Below, one piece after another: positions 1 to 9,459 of a stretch of DNA of 64,000 nt (position 1 is its first letter; each line of letters starts with the position of its first letter). Source of the stretch: Candidatus Moraniibacteriota bacterium (GTDB taxonomy: Bacteria > Patescibacteriota > Minisyncoccia > Moranbacterales > UBA1568); the NCBI GenBank assembly GCA_049287005.1, contig JBAQEZ010000003.1, positions 605,670-669,669 on the forward strand. Direction: 5' to 3'. The position numbers and the translations under genes were made by a program. A model generated the notes under the pieces. That model did no database searches. It was not told the DNA's origin and saw only the letters and a list, made by a program, of their open reading frames with translations.

Positions 1-1
1 C

Positions 2-421
2 GTTTCCTTTGGCGGGCCATCCGCGCTGCTTGCCTCGTCGCTTCCTATTGTCTCCAAAGTCGTGGCTATCTCGCCTGTGGTTGACTGGAAAATTGATAGC
101 AAGACCGATCCCTTTATCTCTTTCGTACGTTCTACACAAGAACAATTCGGCATGGCCTATCGTACAGAAAAAAAATCAGACTGGGATAAACTTATGCAAA
201 CTGACTTTTATAATCCGATGGAACATATCGATTCATGCAACGGAAAAAAGATTTTTATTTTGCATGCCGAAGATGATGAGATCGTACCCATCGGTCCTTC
301 AAAAAAATTTGCAGAAAAAGTAGGGGGGTCGTATTACTGGAAACGAGTCGGCGGTCATACACTCCGCATTCACCATCAATTCATCTGGAAAAAAATCGAA
401 ACGTTTTTGGAAGCAAAATAA
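2..421 (+). CDS. alpha/beta-hydrolase (prolyl-oligopeptidase/dienelactone-hydrolase-like), C-terminal part; 5' end lies outside the window
   Basis: The frame stays open from the window start. The C-terminal region ...FILHAEDDEIVPIG...KRVGGHTL is typical of the Asp/His end of a serine hydrolase fold. Confidence 0.55.
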   Translation, partial: VSFGGPSALLASSLPIVSKVVAISPVVDWKIDSKTDPFISFVRSTQEQFGMAYRTEKKSDWDKLMQTDFYNPMEHIDSCNGKKIFILHAEDDEIVPIGPSKKFAEKVGGSYYWKRVGGHTLRIHHQFIWKKIETFLEAK

Positions 422-454
422 CTTTTTATTTCAATCACTTTTTTGAACCGCGAC

Positions 455-500
455 TCCCCCGGCATTCCTCAAAAAGCGGGGGAGTTTCCTTTCTTTCTTT
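455..500 (+). terminator. rho-independent terminator after the hydrolase gene
   Basis: A CTCCCCCG ... CGGGGGAG stem is followed by a T-rich run (tttcctttctttcttt). Confidence 0.6.
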
Positions 501-809
501 ACTAAATATACAGAAAAAATAAAAAGATCCTTTCTTTTTTATAAAAATTTTAAAAAAAGAACAGTCGAGGAAATGAAGCGAGGGGTGATACATAGATGTA
601 CTAGAAATTATTCAGAAAGCCGCATACGCGATTATACGCATTCGTTTTGAAGGAAAGAAGAAGTGTTTTGATGTATAAATATTGAATAGCGTATATCCAG
701 CCTTATGGGATATATTGAAATGTCGCATAAGTTACATTAGGAGACGCGTAGTATTAAATCTTAGTTGTTTGTTCTCTCAAGAACAATCGCTTACCCCCTA
801 CAGATTTAG

Positions 810-1448
810 TTATTGGATTATTGGATTTGAGTAACTTTCCTTTTTATTAATAATATACTGTAGTTCGTCTAACGATACAACCCTTACATTAATTGGTAGA
901 CCCTTCTTCTTGTTAGACATAAGACGGTCAATGTCACTTTGAGAAAAAGACAAGTTTGAAACCACAAAATATAATTCTTCTTTGAAATTTCTATATTTAT
1001 CAATTTTGACGTTCACATTCCCCTGTAAAGAGCGAGCAGAATCCGTAGAGAAGACATCAATTCCAAAATTCCCACTAGGTGAATAGATATAGAAATCTAC
1101 TCTGTTTTTTAAGTCACAAAAAATTTTTTCAGTATGGACAAAAACCTCATGAAATTTTTGTTTTAATACTACTTCTAATTCTGTTTCACTTAGTCTACCT
1201 CTAGTATTTACTCTCTTCGAGATTTCTGTTCTATACAATCCTTTTCCAAAATGAGTTTCAGTATATCCCAATTGACTGCGTAATTTTTCAATTCCTCCAA
1301 ATTTTCTTTGAATTTGTCGAGCTGAAGGTAAATAGTTAAGTTTATCGATTTCATCAACCCTAGGTAGTCTTTTATTTTCTTTCAGAAAACGTTGAAAACC
1401 AACAGCTATTTCTTCGGCGCTCCATTCTGGACCAGATCTTTTGCTCAT
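810..1448 (-). CDS. hypothetical protein (AT-rich; abuts the 3' end of the long tRNA)
   Basis: A 212-aa ORF with low GC and no family motif that I recognise. Confidence 0.45.
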   Translation of the reverse strand: MSKRSGPEWSAEEIAVGFQRFLKENKRLPRVDEIDKLNYLPSARQIQRKFGGIEKLRSQLGYTETHFGKGLYRTEISKRVNTRGRLSETELEVVLKQKFHEVFVHTEKIFCDLKNRVDFYIYSPSGNFGIDVFSTDSARSLQGNVNVKIDKYRNFKEELYFVVSNLSFSQSDIDRLMSNKKKGLPINVRVVSLDELQYIINKKESYSNPIIQ

Positions 1449-1561
1449 ATTTGTTATATTGACAATTCTGTTTCTATATGCTATAAATATATGTTGTAAA
1501 TGTATTTAATTTCTGGTATATTTACACTATATTTAAGAAGCTCCTTAAATCCTGAAAATAA

Positions 1562-1676
1562 GCTCCCGGCTAGGAATCGAACCTGCGACTCGTCACGCCA
1601 GTCCCCCCAAAAGAGATCCGGCAGTAGAGAACCATGGTTTGTCAGACCAGTGCCTTAACCACTAGGCAACGGGAGC
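1562..1676 (-). tRNA. tRNA-like gene, about 115 nt; candidate tRNA-Val(GAC) carrying an insertion or intron of about 40 nt
   Basis: The reverse-complement reads GCTCCCG-TT-GCCTAGTGGTTAAGGC-A-CTGGT-CTGACAA-ACCAT...GCAGG-TTCGATT-CCT(A)GC-CGGGAGC. The acceptor stem is 7/7 complementary, the D-loop and T-loop are canonical, and the anticodon loop CTGACAA (anticodon GAC) is well formed. About 40 nt lie between the anticodon arm and the T arm, and the T stem needs one bulge. Confidence 0.55.
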
Positions 1677-1703
1677 ATATTTTCAAGATTTAAAGGGCTT
1701 TTT

Positions 1704-2255
1704 TCATTTCTTGTCAGGTGCAACTTTCAAAGAATTAAGAATTCCAGTTACTATTGCAATTTCACTTTCAGTGATATCACGCGGGACTTCAATGAGAAAT
1801 TTCGCATCAGCTCTTAAGGCAAGTTCAATACGATGAATATCAGGTGCTGATATTTTTGGTAATGATCCACTGCTGTCGGGGCCCTTGGAAACCGCCGCCT
1901 CTCGTTGTTCCATAACGGATCTCTTTTTGCGAATTATAGGCTTTGAGGGTGTCCAACTCGCCATTTTTGTAAGATCCACTCCATACTTTTCAAAATCGGC
2001 TAAGACCTTTGCTACACGCGATTTATAAGTAGCCAAAGAACCAGAAGTAAAAGTGCTGTTTTTTGAACATACGGTCGCATAGATATGTGGGAGATTAGCT
2101 TTGAAAAGGCTAACTGACTCACGCTCTTCTTCCCGTAGCTCTTTTTCAAACAGTCGGAGAGCAACTGTATAAGCTCTTGCTGTTCCTGGCTGATATTTAC
2201 GACTCTTTTCCGCTCTATCAATAAAAGCGTAGAGATCTTGAAATTTTGCTGTCAT
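1704..2255 (-). CDS. hypothetical protein
   Basis: A 183-aa ORF on the 5' side of the tRNA with no family motif that I recognise. Confidence 0.4.
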   Translation of the reverse strand: MTAKFQDLYAFIDRAEKSRKYQPGTARAYTVALRLFEKELREEERESVSLFKANLPHIYATVCSKNSTFTSGSLATYKSRVAKVLADFEKYGVDLTKMASWTPSKPIIRKKRSVMEQREAAVSKGPDSSGSLPKISAPDIHRIELALRADAKFLIEVPRDITESEIAIVTGILNSLKVAPDKK

Positions 2256-2423
2256 AGTTTTATCTCTAAAAATTAAAATCTAGTCTGTGCAGAAATAATA
2301 ACTGATAAGTTGAATCCTGTCAAGCCAATCAACTTTTGACTCAACTTTATTAATTATTTTGCTTATAATAAAGCAAAATAATTATATTTTACTGTAAAGA
2401 CAATGTGTTATAATTTTGAACAT

Positions 2424-2463
2424 AAAAAAACCGGAGATATCTTGCTGCTGCAAAATACTCCGG
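2424..2463 (-). terminator. terminator downstream of the GGDEF gene
   Basis: A CCGGAG...CTCCGG hairpin is followed, on the minus strand, by a run of T. Confidence 0.5.
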
Positions 2464-2508
2464 GGCTCAAGTCCTCCATCAACCGACCGAAAAAGCTGTC
2501 CACAAAAC

Positions 2509-3351
2509 CTACACGATACGGAAGTTGTCTCCAACTGCCAGAGTAACCGTGTTTCTGCCGAGCTGCTTGGAATGATACAGCGCCCGGTCGGCTGATTCCT
2601 TCGCTATGTGGAACAAAAGATCCATTTCATCCGGCTTCGTATCCTGTCGAATATTGACCATCGTGACTCCGATGCTGGCCGTGATGAAGTTCTCCTGGGA
2701 AAAACGGAGTTCCTCTTCACTCTCGATCCTCTTGCGCAGGAGTTCAGCACGTCCGACTGCCTCCTCTTGTGTCGAGCTAGAAAGGAGAACGATGAATTCG
2801 TCTCCGCCCCACCGACAAATAGCTTCCGTCTCGTCGCGATGGAAGACCTCACGAAGGATTGCCGTCACTTTTAGCAGAGCCTGATCTCCTCTCAGATGTC
2901 CATAGATATCGTTGATGATCTTAAAATTGTCGAGATCCAGGAACACAATATGGGGTGGATAAAATTCCGACTTATGCGCGTGCGTGTAACGCTGAAGGAT
3001 GCTGGTTTGCCGATGCAGTGCCATGCCGAAACCACGCCGATTCAACAATCCTGTCAGCGGATCTTGAAAAGCCAGAACGTGAAGATTGGCCATCTGTTCG
3101 CTCTGAATGGCATATTTCCTGCGAAACTCCCCTTCCCGTTGAGTGGAGCCATCCAGAAGAGTCAAGAGGGTCGTAGCAACAGCTTCACCCTGCTTGTAAG
3201 TTTCGTTGATCATGAGCAGAAGTACTCTCTCCTGTTGCCGTGCTTTTTCCAGCCGTGCTTTCAACTGGACAATCTTCCGCTGAGATCGAAAGAGGCGTAT
3301 TGCTAAAGATCTGATAAACAGCCGGCTTATCTTTTCGAATAGAATCATCAT
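2509..3351 (-). CDS. GGDEF-domain diguanylate cyclase
   Basis: Carries LLNRRGF...FLDLDNFKIINDIYGH...RWGGDEFIV (the GG[DE]EF active-site motif). The start was taken at MMILFEK (3351) because the longer N-terminal extension looks non-coding. Confidence 0.8.
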   Translation of the reverse strand: MMILFEKISRLFIRSLAIRLFRSQRKIVQLKARLEKARQQERVLLLMINETYKQGEAVATTLLTLLDGSTQREGEFRRKYAIQSEQMANLHVLAFQDPLTGLLNRRGFGMALHRQTSILQRYTHAHKSEFYPPHIVFLDLDNFKIINDIYGHLRGDQALLKVTAILREVFHRDETEAICRWGGDEFIVLLSSSTQEEAVGRAELLRKRIESEEELRFSQENFITASIGVTMVNIRQDTKPDEMDLLFHIAKESADRALYHSKQLGRNTVTLAVGDNFRIV

Positions 3352-3559
3352 GATCACTCCTTTCGATGGGAAGATAGGGGGGAAAAATGGGGTATTCTGT
3401 TGTTTAAGTACAATCATACTACAATGGCATAAAAACCGTATTTTTGCAAGAATACAGAAGCGAACTTCTCTGATACAATATCGATATCTAGAAGCACATA
3501 CTTTTAATTGTTTTGTTTGATTCGTCATTCCTCGCTGATTAAAGTGACACGCTATCTAT

Positions 3560-4717
3560 ATGCGCATCTCCTATTCCACCCTCGATACGTACCAAAATTG
3601 TCCCCTGAAATATAAGTTTCGGGAGATAGACAAGATCAAAGAGCCCAAGTCTAAAGAGGCGGTTTTCGGTACGCTCATCCATGCGGTGATGAAGTATATC
3701 CACACGCCGAGCCTGCTTTCCCCTACTCTCGAGCAGGCGCTGGATTATTATGCCAAAGGCTGGAACAGCGAAGTCTACGAAAATGAGATGGAGGAACGCG
3801 CGGCCTTCACCCAGGGCGTTACCATCATCCAGAATTATCTCGCCCATACGAAGCCGGCCGACTACGCTATCGTTGATCTGGAAAGCCGTTTCGCTATCGA
3901 GATCGGCAATGATGAAACGGGCCTGCACACTGTCTCCGGCATCATCGATCGCATCGACAAGACCGAGGAAGGCTATGAGATCATCGATTACAAGACGACG
4001 CGCAAGATGCCCTCCCAGGACAAAGTTGACAACGACATTCAGCTCTCTATCTATCTCAAAGCCTTCCTCGCTCGCTATCCGAAAGAAGTAGATCATCTGG
4101 ACAAGATCACCGTCAGTCTCTACTACCTGAAGCACGGAGTGAAACTCTCCTCCAAACGCACAGCAGCACAGCTCGAAACGCTGGAAAAAACATTTCTCGA
4201 TGTCATCCATTCGATCGAAGAGGGAAAATTCGATCCCATTCTCTCTCCTCTCTGCGATTGGTGCGGCTATCAGAAAATCTGCCCGCTCTGGAAACACAAA
4301 TTCACTGAAACGCACCAGTTGGAAACTACAGAAGTGAAAGAAGTCATCGGCGAGTATCTCGATCTCAAAGGCAAACTGAGCGAGGAAAAATTGCGCCTGG
4401 CAAAACTGCAGGCGCTCATCCTCCAGTATATGGAACAGGAAGGCGTGGATCGCGTGTTCGACGATAACGGCATCATCGGCAAGTCGCTCCGCCAGACCTA
4501 CAAGTATGATGAAGCGAAACTGAAAGCCATCCTCGAACCGCTCGATAAATGGGAATCAGTTCTCAAGGTCGACGGCGTCGCGCTTCGCAATATCCTCGCT
4601 GTCCTCCCCTCCCCGGTGCGCCAAGAAGCGGAAGCGGCCAAGACGCTCAATAAAGAAAGCATCAGCCTGTCCGTCAAAAAAAATAAGATCGAAGTGGACG
4701 ATGAACTAAGCCTCTAG
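3560..4717 (+). CDS. PD-(D/E)XK nuclease with a Cas4/AddB-type Fe–S cysteine cluster (RecB-family nuclease)
   Basis: One N-terminal Cys (YQNCPLKY), nuclease motifs GIIDRIDK and EIIDYKTT, and a C-terminal CDWCGYQKIC cluster. Confidence 0.7.
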   Translation: MRISYSTLDTYQNCPLKYKFREIDKIKEPKSKEAVFGTLIHAVMKYIHTPSLLSPTLEQALDYYAKGWNSEVYENEMEERAAFTQGVTIIQNYLAHTKPADYAIVDLESRFAIEIGNDETGLHTVSGIIDRIDKTEEGYEIIDYKTTRKMPSQDKVDNDIQLSIYLKAFLARYPKEVDHLDKITVSLYYLKHGVKLSSKRTAAQLETLEKTFLDVIHSIEEGKFDPILSPLCDWCGYQKICPLWKHKFTETHQLETTEVKEVIGEYLDLKGKLSEEKLRLAKLQALILQYMEQEGVDRVFDDNGIIGKSLRQTYKYDEAKLKAILEPLDKWESVLKVDGVALRNILAVLPSPVRQEAEAAKTLNKESISLSVKKNKIEVDDELSL

Positions 4718-4843
4718 TGTTTTCCACTCCTCGTGCGTTTGAGTATATTTGCTCCACATCTCGGCGAAAAGCGGCGATGACTGCAAGAGCTCTGGTTCCG
4801 CCTCTCTATCAGCAATGAAGATTTTTTTCAAGCTTTCACTGCA

Positions 4844-6502
4844 TTACCAGTTTCTGACGAACGAGCTAGAAAGAACCAAAAAAGATCCCAAAAGTCCCAG
4901 CGCGGGAATGAAGAAGCCCTGCAGGGTGTCCCGATTGTCGCCAGGACCGGCTCCCACATTGGGAAGACCAGGAACAGAAACAGTGACTTTCGCCGTATCG
5001 GTATCTTTCACTTCTTCACCATTGGCGGTTCCTTTCGCGGTAACAGTGTTGGTTTCAGTTTTTCTCACTGTTTTTTTACAGGTATATTTCCATTCTTCAT
5101 CCGTATCAAGCAAATCATTGCTATTGTCATCGCCAGAAACATATTTTACAGAATCACATGTATCATCTTTGACCGACACGTCACTGAGCGTAACATCACC
5201 TCGATTGGTTACTTTGTAGGTGAAAGTGACTTTTTCAGGGCCTGAGCGCAAGACCGTCTTACTCGCTTCTTTTGTTACCCTGATATCGACGCTCGCTTCA
5301 TCGCTCACCGCCTGTGCGATATCATTGTCCGTGATGGTACATACCGTTGATTGCCCGAGACCAAGAGTAATTTGGCTGCTGCCATTGACAGTAATACCGT
5401 TCGTACAACTCCAAGAGGAAGCTGTGTAGCCAGTCAGACCGGTTGATTCGGAAAGAGTATACGTTCCCTGATCAAATGAGGCGCCGCTTACCACGTCAAT
5501 AGAGCCAGCTGCCCCAGCACCGGACAATGTTGTCGGACCGGTTGCCGTGAGCGTCCACGCCGTTTCGAGAGCGGTGCCAGCATTATCATTCACGACAACT
5601 TTATCAAGTGTCAGGGATGGTGCGATGTCATTATTATTTATAGTACACACTGTCGTCTGGCCAGAACCAAGAGTAATCTGGCTACTCGTTACAACAATGC
5701 CGTTCGTACAGGTCCATAATCCTGCAGTGTAATCAGAGTGTGTTATTTCTGAAAGAGTATATGTACCAGCAGTGACAGTGGCACCGGTAACCGGTCCTGT
5801 ACCGCTAACACCTGTGATGGTCGTTGTACCTGTGGCAGTTAACTGAAAGTCTGCCAAAGGCCTCGTACCACCATTGTCATTGGTGATTGTTTTCACCAAT
5901 GTGAGTGTGGCTGCCGCAGCCGTAACGGTGATTGTCGGTGAACCAGCGAGAAGAGCATGAACAGGACCAGGATCCCCGGCATCAGCGGTACTGACCGTCA
6001 GAGCTGTTGCTCCCATGGCTACTGCAGATGTTCCTTTATAAGTAAGAGTGATTATATTATTGAACGCGCAATCTGCCGTTATATCAACGGTAATTACTTG
6101 TCCGCTGGCGACCGTTATCGATGAGGCCGGATCCGAACTAACCGTGCAGCCACCGGTTCCGCTGCCCGCAGCTGCTACAACAGACCACTTACCATCAGCG
6201 TCCACATCGTTTGTAGTAGCGACAGCATGGAGAGTTGGCGCAGTAAAACCAGTCGGAATAGTAAAGGTTGGACTAGCCGCACCGAGAGTCATTCCGCTTG
6301 AATTAATCGTCAAGACGGTTGTAAATATATGTGAGGTTGATTGTACGACGGTCACTCCTGCACCTTGAGCACCACCATCTTTTGCAATCGTCGCCGTACC
6401 TCCACCGGTTGCTGCCAAAACTTTCGGCACCGAAGAAGCAAAACCACCAGCTAAAACGAGCGTGACGATTACAATAAAACTTAATTTTTTGATATTTTTC
6501 AT
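4844..6502 (-). CDS. secreted repetitive surface protein with an LPNVG sortase sorting signal
   Basis: Signal peptide, Thr/Gly/Ala-rich repeats (...CTINNNDIA..., ...CTITDNDIA...), then LPNVG plus a hydrophobic stretch and a charged tail at the C-terminus. Confidence 0.7.
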   Translation of the reverse strand: MKNIKKLSFIVIVTLVLAGGFASSVPKVLAATGGGTATIAKDGGAQGAGVTVVQSTSHIFTTVLTINSSGMTLGAASPTFTIPTGFTAPTLHAVATTNDVDADGKWSVVAAAGSGTGGCTVSSDPASSITVASGQVITVDITADCAFNNIITLTYKGTSAVAMGATALTVSTADAGDPGPVHALLAGSPTITVTAAAATLTLVKTITNDNGGTRPLADFQLTATGTTTITGVSGTGPVTGATVTAGTYTLSEITHSDYTAGLWTCTNGIVVTSSQITLGSGQTTVCTINNNDIAPSLTLDKVVVNDNAGTALETAWTLTATGPTTLSGAGAAGSIDVVSGASFDQGTYTLSESTGLTGYTASSWSCTNGITVNGSSQITLGLGQSTVCTITDNDIAQAVSDEASVDIRVTKEASKTVLRSGPEKVTFTYKVTNRGDVTLSDVSVKDDTCDSVKYVSGDDNSNDLLDTDEEWKYTCKKTVRKTETNTVTAKGTANGEEVKDTDTAKVTVSVPGLPNVGAGPGDNRDTLQGFFIPALGLLGSFLVLSSSFVRNW

Positions 6503-7197
6503 ATCTCTTCTTTATCAGCGAATACCACGAGCCGCTGGGAATAGCTTTTGGCATCTTTATTCCAGACTCCTTCACAGGTAATGAGGTTCAGGTGCGACTG
6601 CTCATCATCTGAGCTGAACACGTCTGCAGCATCCGCATTCGGGTCATACTCACGACTTTCGCGCACCACAAAAAGAGTTATCGCCCCTTTTTCATCTTCG
6701 ACAGATATACTGTCTCCTTTTTTCAATTTATTCAAATCATCAAATACCGACCCTTCCCCATTTTTCCAGCGACCGGAATGTCCATCGATCACCGCGCTGC
6801 CGATATCTCCCGGATGTGGTCCGAGGCTGTACCAACCTACATTGCGGCTACCCTTCGGCGCCTCCATCGCTCCATCGGCAGTAAGGCTCATAGAGTCTAT
6901 CGCCGCATCAACATTGACCCTTGGAATCTTGAGCCGCGCCGGCAATGGAGAATGTACATTTTCCTGTTCATCAAGAGCAACGGCATTTTCAATGAGCGGC
7001 ACTGGACGGTTCTCTGCGCTGCTTTGTACGTTGACATGAAAAATGATCAACACGAGAAAAAGCAGGAGTCCTGAAAAAAAGACTGGCAGTAAAGCGCGGC
7101 TTGATAAACTTTTCCATTGCATAGATTTTCCACAAGGCTCATAACGTAAAGGCCCCGCCCAAGACGGAGCCTTCTTTCCTGCCTCTCGATCAAACAC
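6499..7197 (-). CDS. sortase-family transpeptidase
   Basis: One TM segment, the catalytic His in IDGH and the catalytic Cys in LITCEG. It overlaps the downstream substrate gene by 4 nt. MQWKSL at 7122 is an alternative start. Confidence 0.8.
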   Translation of the reverse strand: MFDREAGKKAPSWAGPLRYEPCGKSMQWKSLSSRALLPVFFSGLLLFLVLIIFHVNVQSSAENRPVPLIENAVALDEQENVHSPLPARLKIPRVNVDAAIDSMSLTADGAMEAPKGSRNVGWYSLGPHPGDIGSAVIDGHSGRWKNGEGSVFDDLNKLKKGDSISVEDEKGAITLFVVRESREYDPNADAADVFSSDDEQSHLNLITCEGVWNKDAKSYSQRLVVFADKEEI

Positions 7198-7225
7198 ATG
7201 TGCTCGTCCTCGGAGAATGCCTCAT

Positions 7226-8119
7226 TTACATCGCGCGTTTTTTGAGAACTGCAGCGAGTGTAGTAATCGAAGTCAACATGAGGATACCGGCCAGCGCGAT
7301 GATATTCCATGAAACATTTTTCTCTTCAGGAGCAATGCCAGCATTCGGCAACTTGGGAACAGATTTGTGTTTACGGCTCCCGTTGCCGTTATCGCCACCA
7401 CCGCGGTTATCATTATCGCCAGAAGCGGCTACAGTGGCAGATGCACACGTCGGTTCGGTGATTTGGTTATTATCCATGGTTACCTGCGTGTGCGCCCAGG
7501 CTCGCCCTTTCAAAGGTACTCCTGACACAAATGTAATGTTACCTGTATTCGTGATAATCGTTCCTTCGATATTCCCAATAGCACCGAACGTCATCGAGGT
7601 GGGAATCTGCCAATAAACGTTGCAGGCCGTTGCGCCGTTGGTCAAAGACATCGTGCCACCGGTGGTTTGCGCGATACTCGACGTACTTCGGAAAATATAC
7701 ACGCCCGCGCCGCTGAGCGTGAGGGTAGAGTTGAATGCGGTCGCTGCTACATTGTAGACACCTGGCCCGACGGAAGGAGACGCAGCCAAACTGATAGCTC
7801 CAGTTTGCGTCTCTCCAGCCAGATCACCGTACGCTGAAGAGATAGCATTCACAACGGTGGTTTGGGTGACGTTGTATAACGTACCACTCACCTGTGAAGC
7901 GATGAGGTTCGCGACACCAAAAGCATTGCCACCGACATCTCCCCAGAGGTGGGACGTCTGGCCGGCAGTTTCCGTCACCCCCGCTACACCAAAGACCGAG
8001 TAGCCGGTAGCGACTCCCAGGTTCGGCGCTGTTGCCGCCTGAGTAGCGGTTGGTCCAGTCAGACCCAGCGTGATCATAACAGCCAATACGGCTATTAAAT
8101 TTTTATTAGGCATTTTCAT
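7226..8119 (-). CDS. secreted DUF3494/ice-binding-like repeat protein with an LPNAG sorting signal
   Basis: Signal peptide and a Gly/Thr/Asn-rich beta-solenoid-like sequence, ending in LPNAG plus a hydrophobic stretch plus KKR. Confidence 0.6.
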   Translation of the reverse strand: MKMPNKNLIAVLAVMITLGLTGPTATQAATAPNLGVATGYSVFGVAGVTETAGQTSHLWGDVGGNAFGVANLIASQVSGTLYNVTQTTVVNAISSAYGDLAGETQTGAISLAASPSVGPGVYNVAATAFNSTLTLSGAGVYIFRSTSSIAQTTGGTMSLTNGATACNVYWQIPTSMTFGAIGNIEGTIITNTGNITFVSGVPLKGRAWAHTQVTMDNNQITEPTCASATVAASGDNDNRGGGDNGNGSRKHKSVPKLPNAGIAPEEKNVSWNIIALAGILMLTSITTLAAVLKKRAM

Positions 8120-8450
8120 AATGTGGCAGCTAATTAATTGATTTTAAATCTTGTAAAGACACAAAAACAGGATTTTATCTTTATCCTGTCCCGTCGAAAG
8201 ATATTTGCTTATATTTTTATCCGTTAGTACAGTCGATCACCACACACAGAAAATTAGAGGAACCCTTACTTTATATGTTCTGAGAATCGATATATCTTTA
8301 TTGCGCTTTTATTATAGCACACACTTGGTACATAGTGTCACCGCTCTGCCCCCATTTGGTTCCTCGCCTATCAGACAAGGAAGAGAATGAGGCCGTATCC
8401 AGACATGGACACGGCCTGTGCGATATGGCCTTTCGAGAGAAGCATCGTCT

Positions 8451-8792
8451 CTAGAGATACCTGACGAAGCGATTGTTTTTATCGACAAGAATCTGTTTCG
8501 GTGGCGAGGGAGTATCCGCAAGACTGAAGCCCATAATGATAACCTGCTCCCCTTTTTTGATCAAATGAGCTGCTGCCCCATTCATGCAAATGACACCCGA
8601 ATCCTTTTCCCCTTCGATGATATACGTCTCGAGTCTGGCACCCGAGGTATTACTCACGACCATCACCTTTTCAAACGGCTCAAAACCGACTCTTTCCATA
8701 AGGGCCTTATCGATAGTGATGCTGCCGATATACTCCAGCGCCGCTTCTGTCACGTATGCCTGGTGTATTTTGGCGCTCAAATAAGTTTTCAT
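8451..8792 (-). CDS. panD: aspartate 1-decarboxylase
   Basis: Reads KIHQAYVTEA...GSITID...ICMNGAAAHL, which fits the PanD pyruvoyl enzyme. The start was taken at MKTYLSAK. Confidence 0.8.
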   Translation of the reverse strand: MKTYLSAKIHQAYVTEAALEYIGSITIDKALMERVGFEPFEKVMVVSNTSGARLETYIIEGEKDSGVICMNGAAAHLIKKGEQVIIMGFSLADTPSPPKQILVDKNNRFVRYL

Positions 8793-8811
8793 AGTATTCA
8801 TAAGTAAGTGC

Positions 8812-9396
8812 TTAATCAAGAATCTCATTCTTTTTGAAGAAATCTAACGCAATCGGAAGCTCTTGAATATGGTCGCTTCCACTAAAATGGCCCTTCCTGT
8901 GTTCAACTACTGTTTTTGCCTTCAGTCTTTTTTCAAACATTTCCTGGTTCTCTGTGGGAACAACATCATCATCGTCAGAAAAAACAGCAAGAAAGTTATT
9001 TGTGTGTCTTTTTACTTTTTCAGTGTCAATCGGCGTGGTAAGCCATAGCTCTGCAATTTCTCGTTCCTCCTCGGTTTCCAGATTCATAAGCGTAAACCAA
9101 GGAGCTACCAAGAGGACGCCGCCGACGCTATTGCTTTCTGGAAGACTTTCCAGATAACGAAGAATAGCTTGACAGCCTATACTGTGCCCAACAAAGAAAG
9201 TATTTACGTCAACCTCTCCCGCAACATGAGCAAGAAAAGAAACCCAGCGATCTATTCTTGGCGCTGCAGCTTCAGGCATAATAGGAATCTCCACGTGAAA
9301 CCCTTCTTTTTCAAGTTCCTTCTTGAGCCAAGGAAACCACCCTTCCTCCGGGTAGCCTTCCCATCCATGGACTATGATTACTTTTTTCATAAACAT
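8812..9396 (-). CDS. alpha/beta hydrolase (YdeN/RBBP9-like serine hydrolase)
   Basis: A GHSIG nucleophile elbow, with VIIVHGW near the N-terminus. Confidence 0.7.
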   Translation of the reverse strand: MFMKKVIIVHGWEGYPEEGWFPWLKKELEKEGFHVEIPIMPEAAAPRIDRWVSFLAHVAGEVDVNTFFVGHSIGCQAILRYLESLPESNSVGGVLLVAPWFTLMNLETEEEREIAELWLTTPIDTEKVKRHTNNFLAVFSDDDDVVPTENQEMFEKRLKAKTVVEHRKGHFSGSDHIQELPIALDFFKKNEILD

Positions 9397-9406
9397 AAGT
9401 ATGTGT

Positions 9407-9433
9407 GCTGAGGCTCTGGGATGAAGTTGGAAC
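9407..9433 (+). repeat. intercistronic repeat copy A (GCTGAGGCTCTGGGAYGAAGTKGGAAC family)
   Basis: One of five copies at more than 80% identity. It lies 10 nt from the start codon of the 8812..9396 gene. Confidence 0.8.
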
Positions 9434-9459
9434 TTATCTAAATCAGGAGTAATTACATC

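Noticed and set aside
2604-3306. Several + strand ORFs of 73–136 aa
   Set aside because: They overlap the GGDEF gene antisense.
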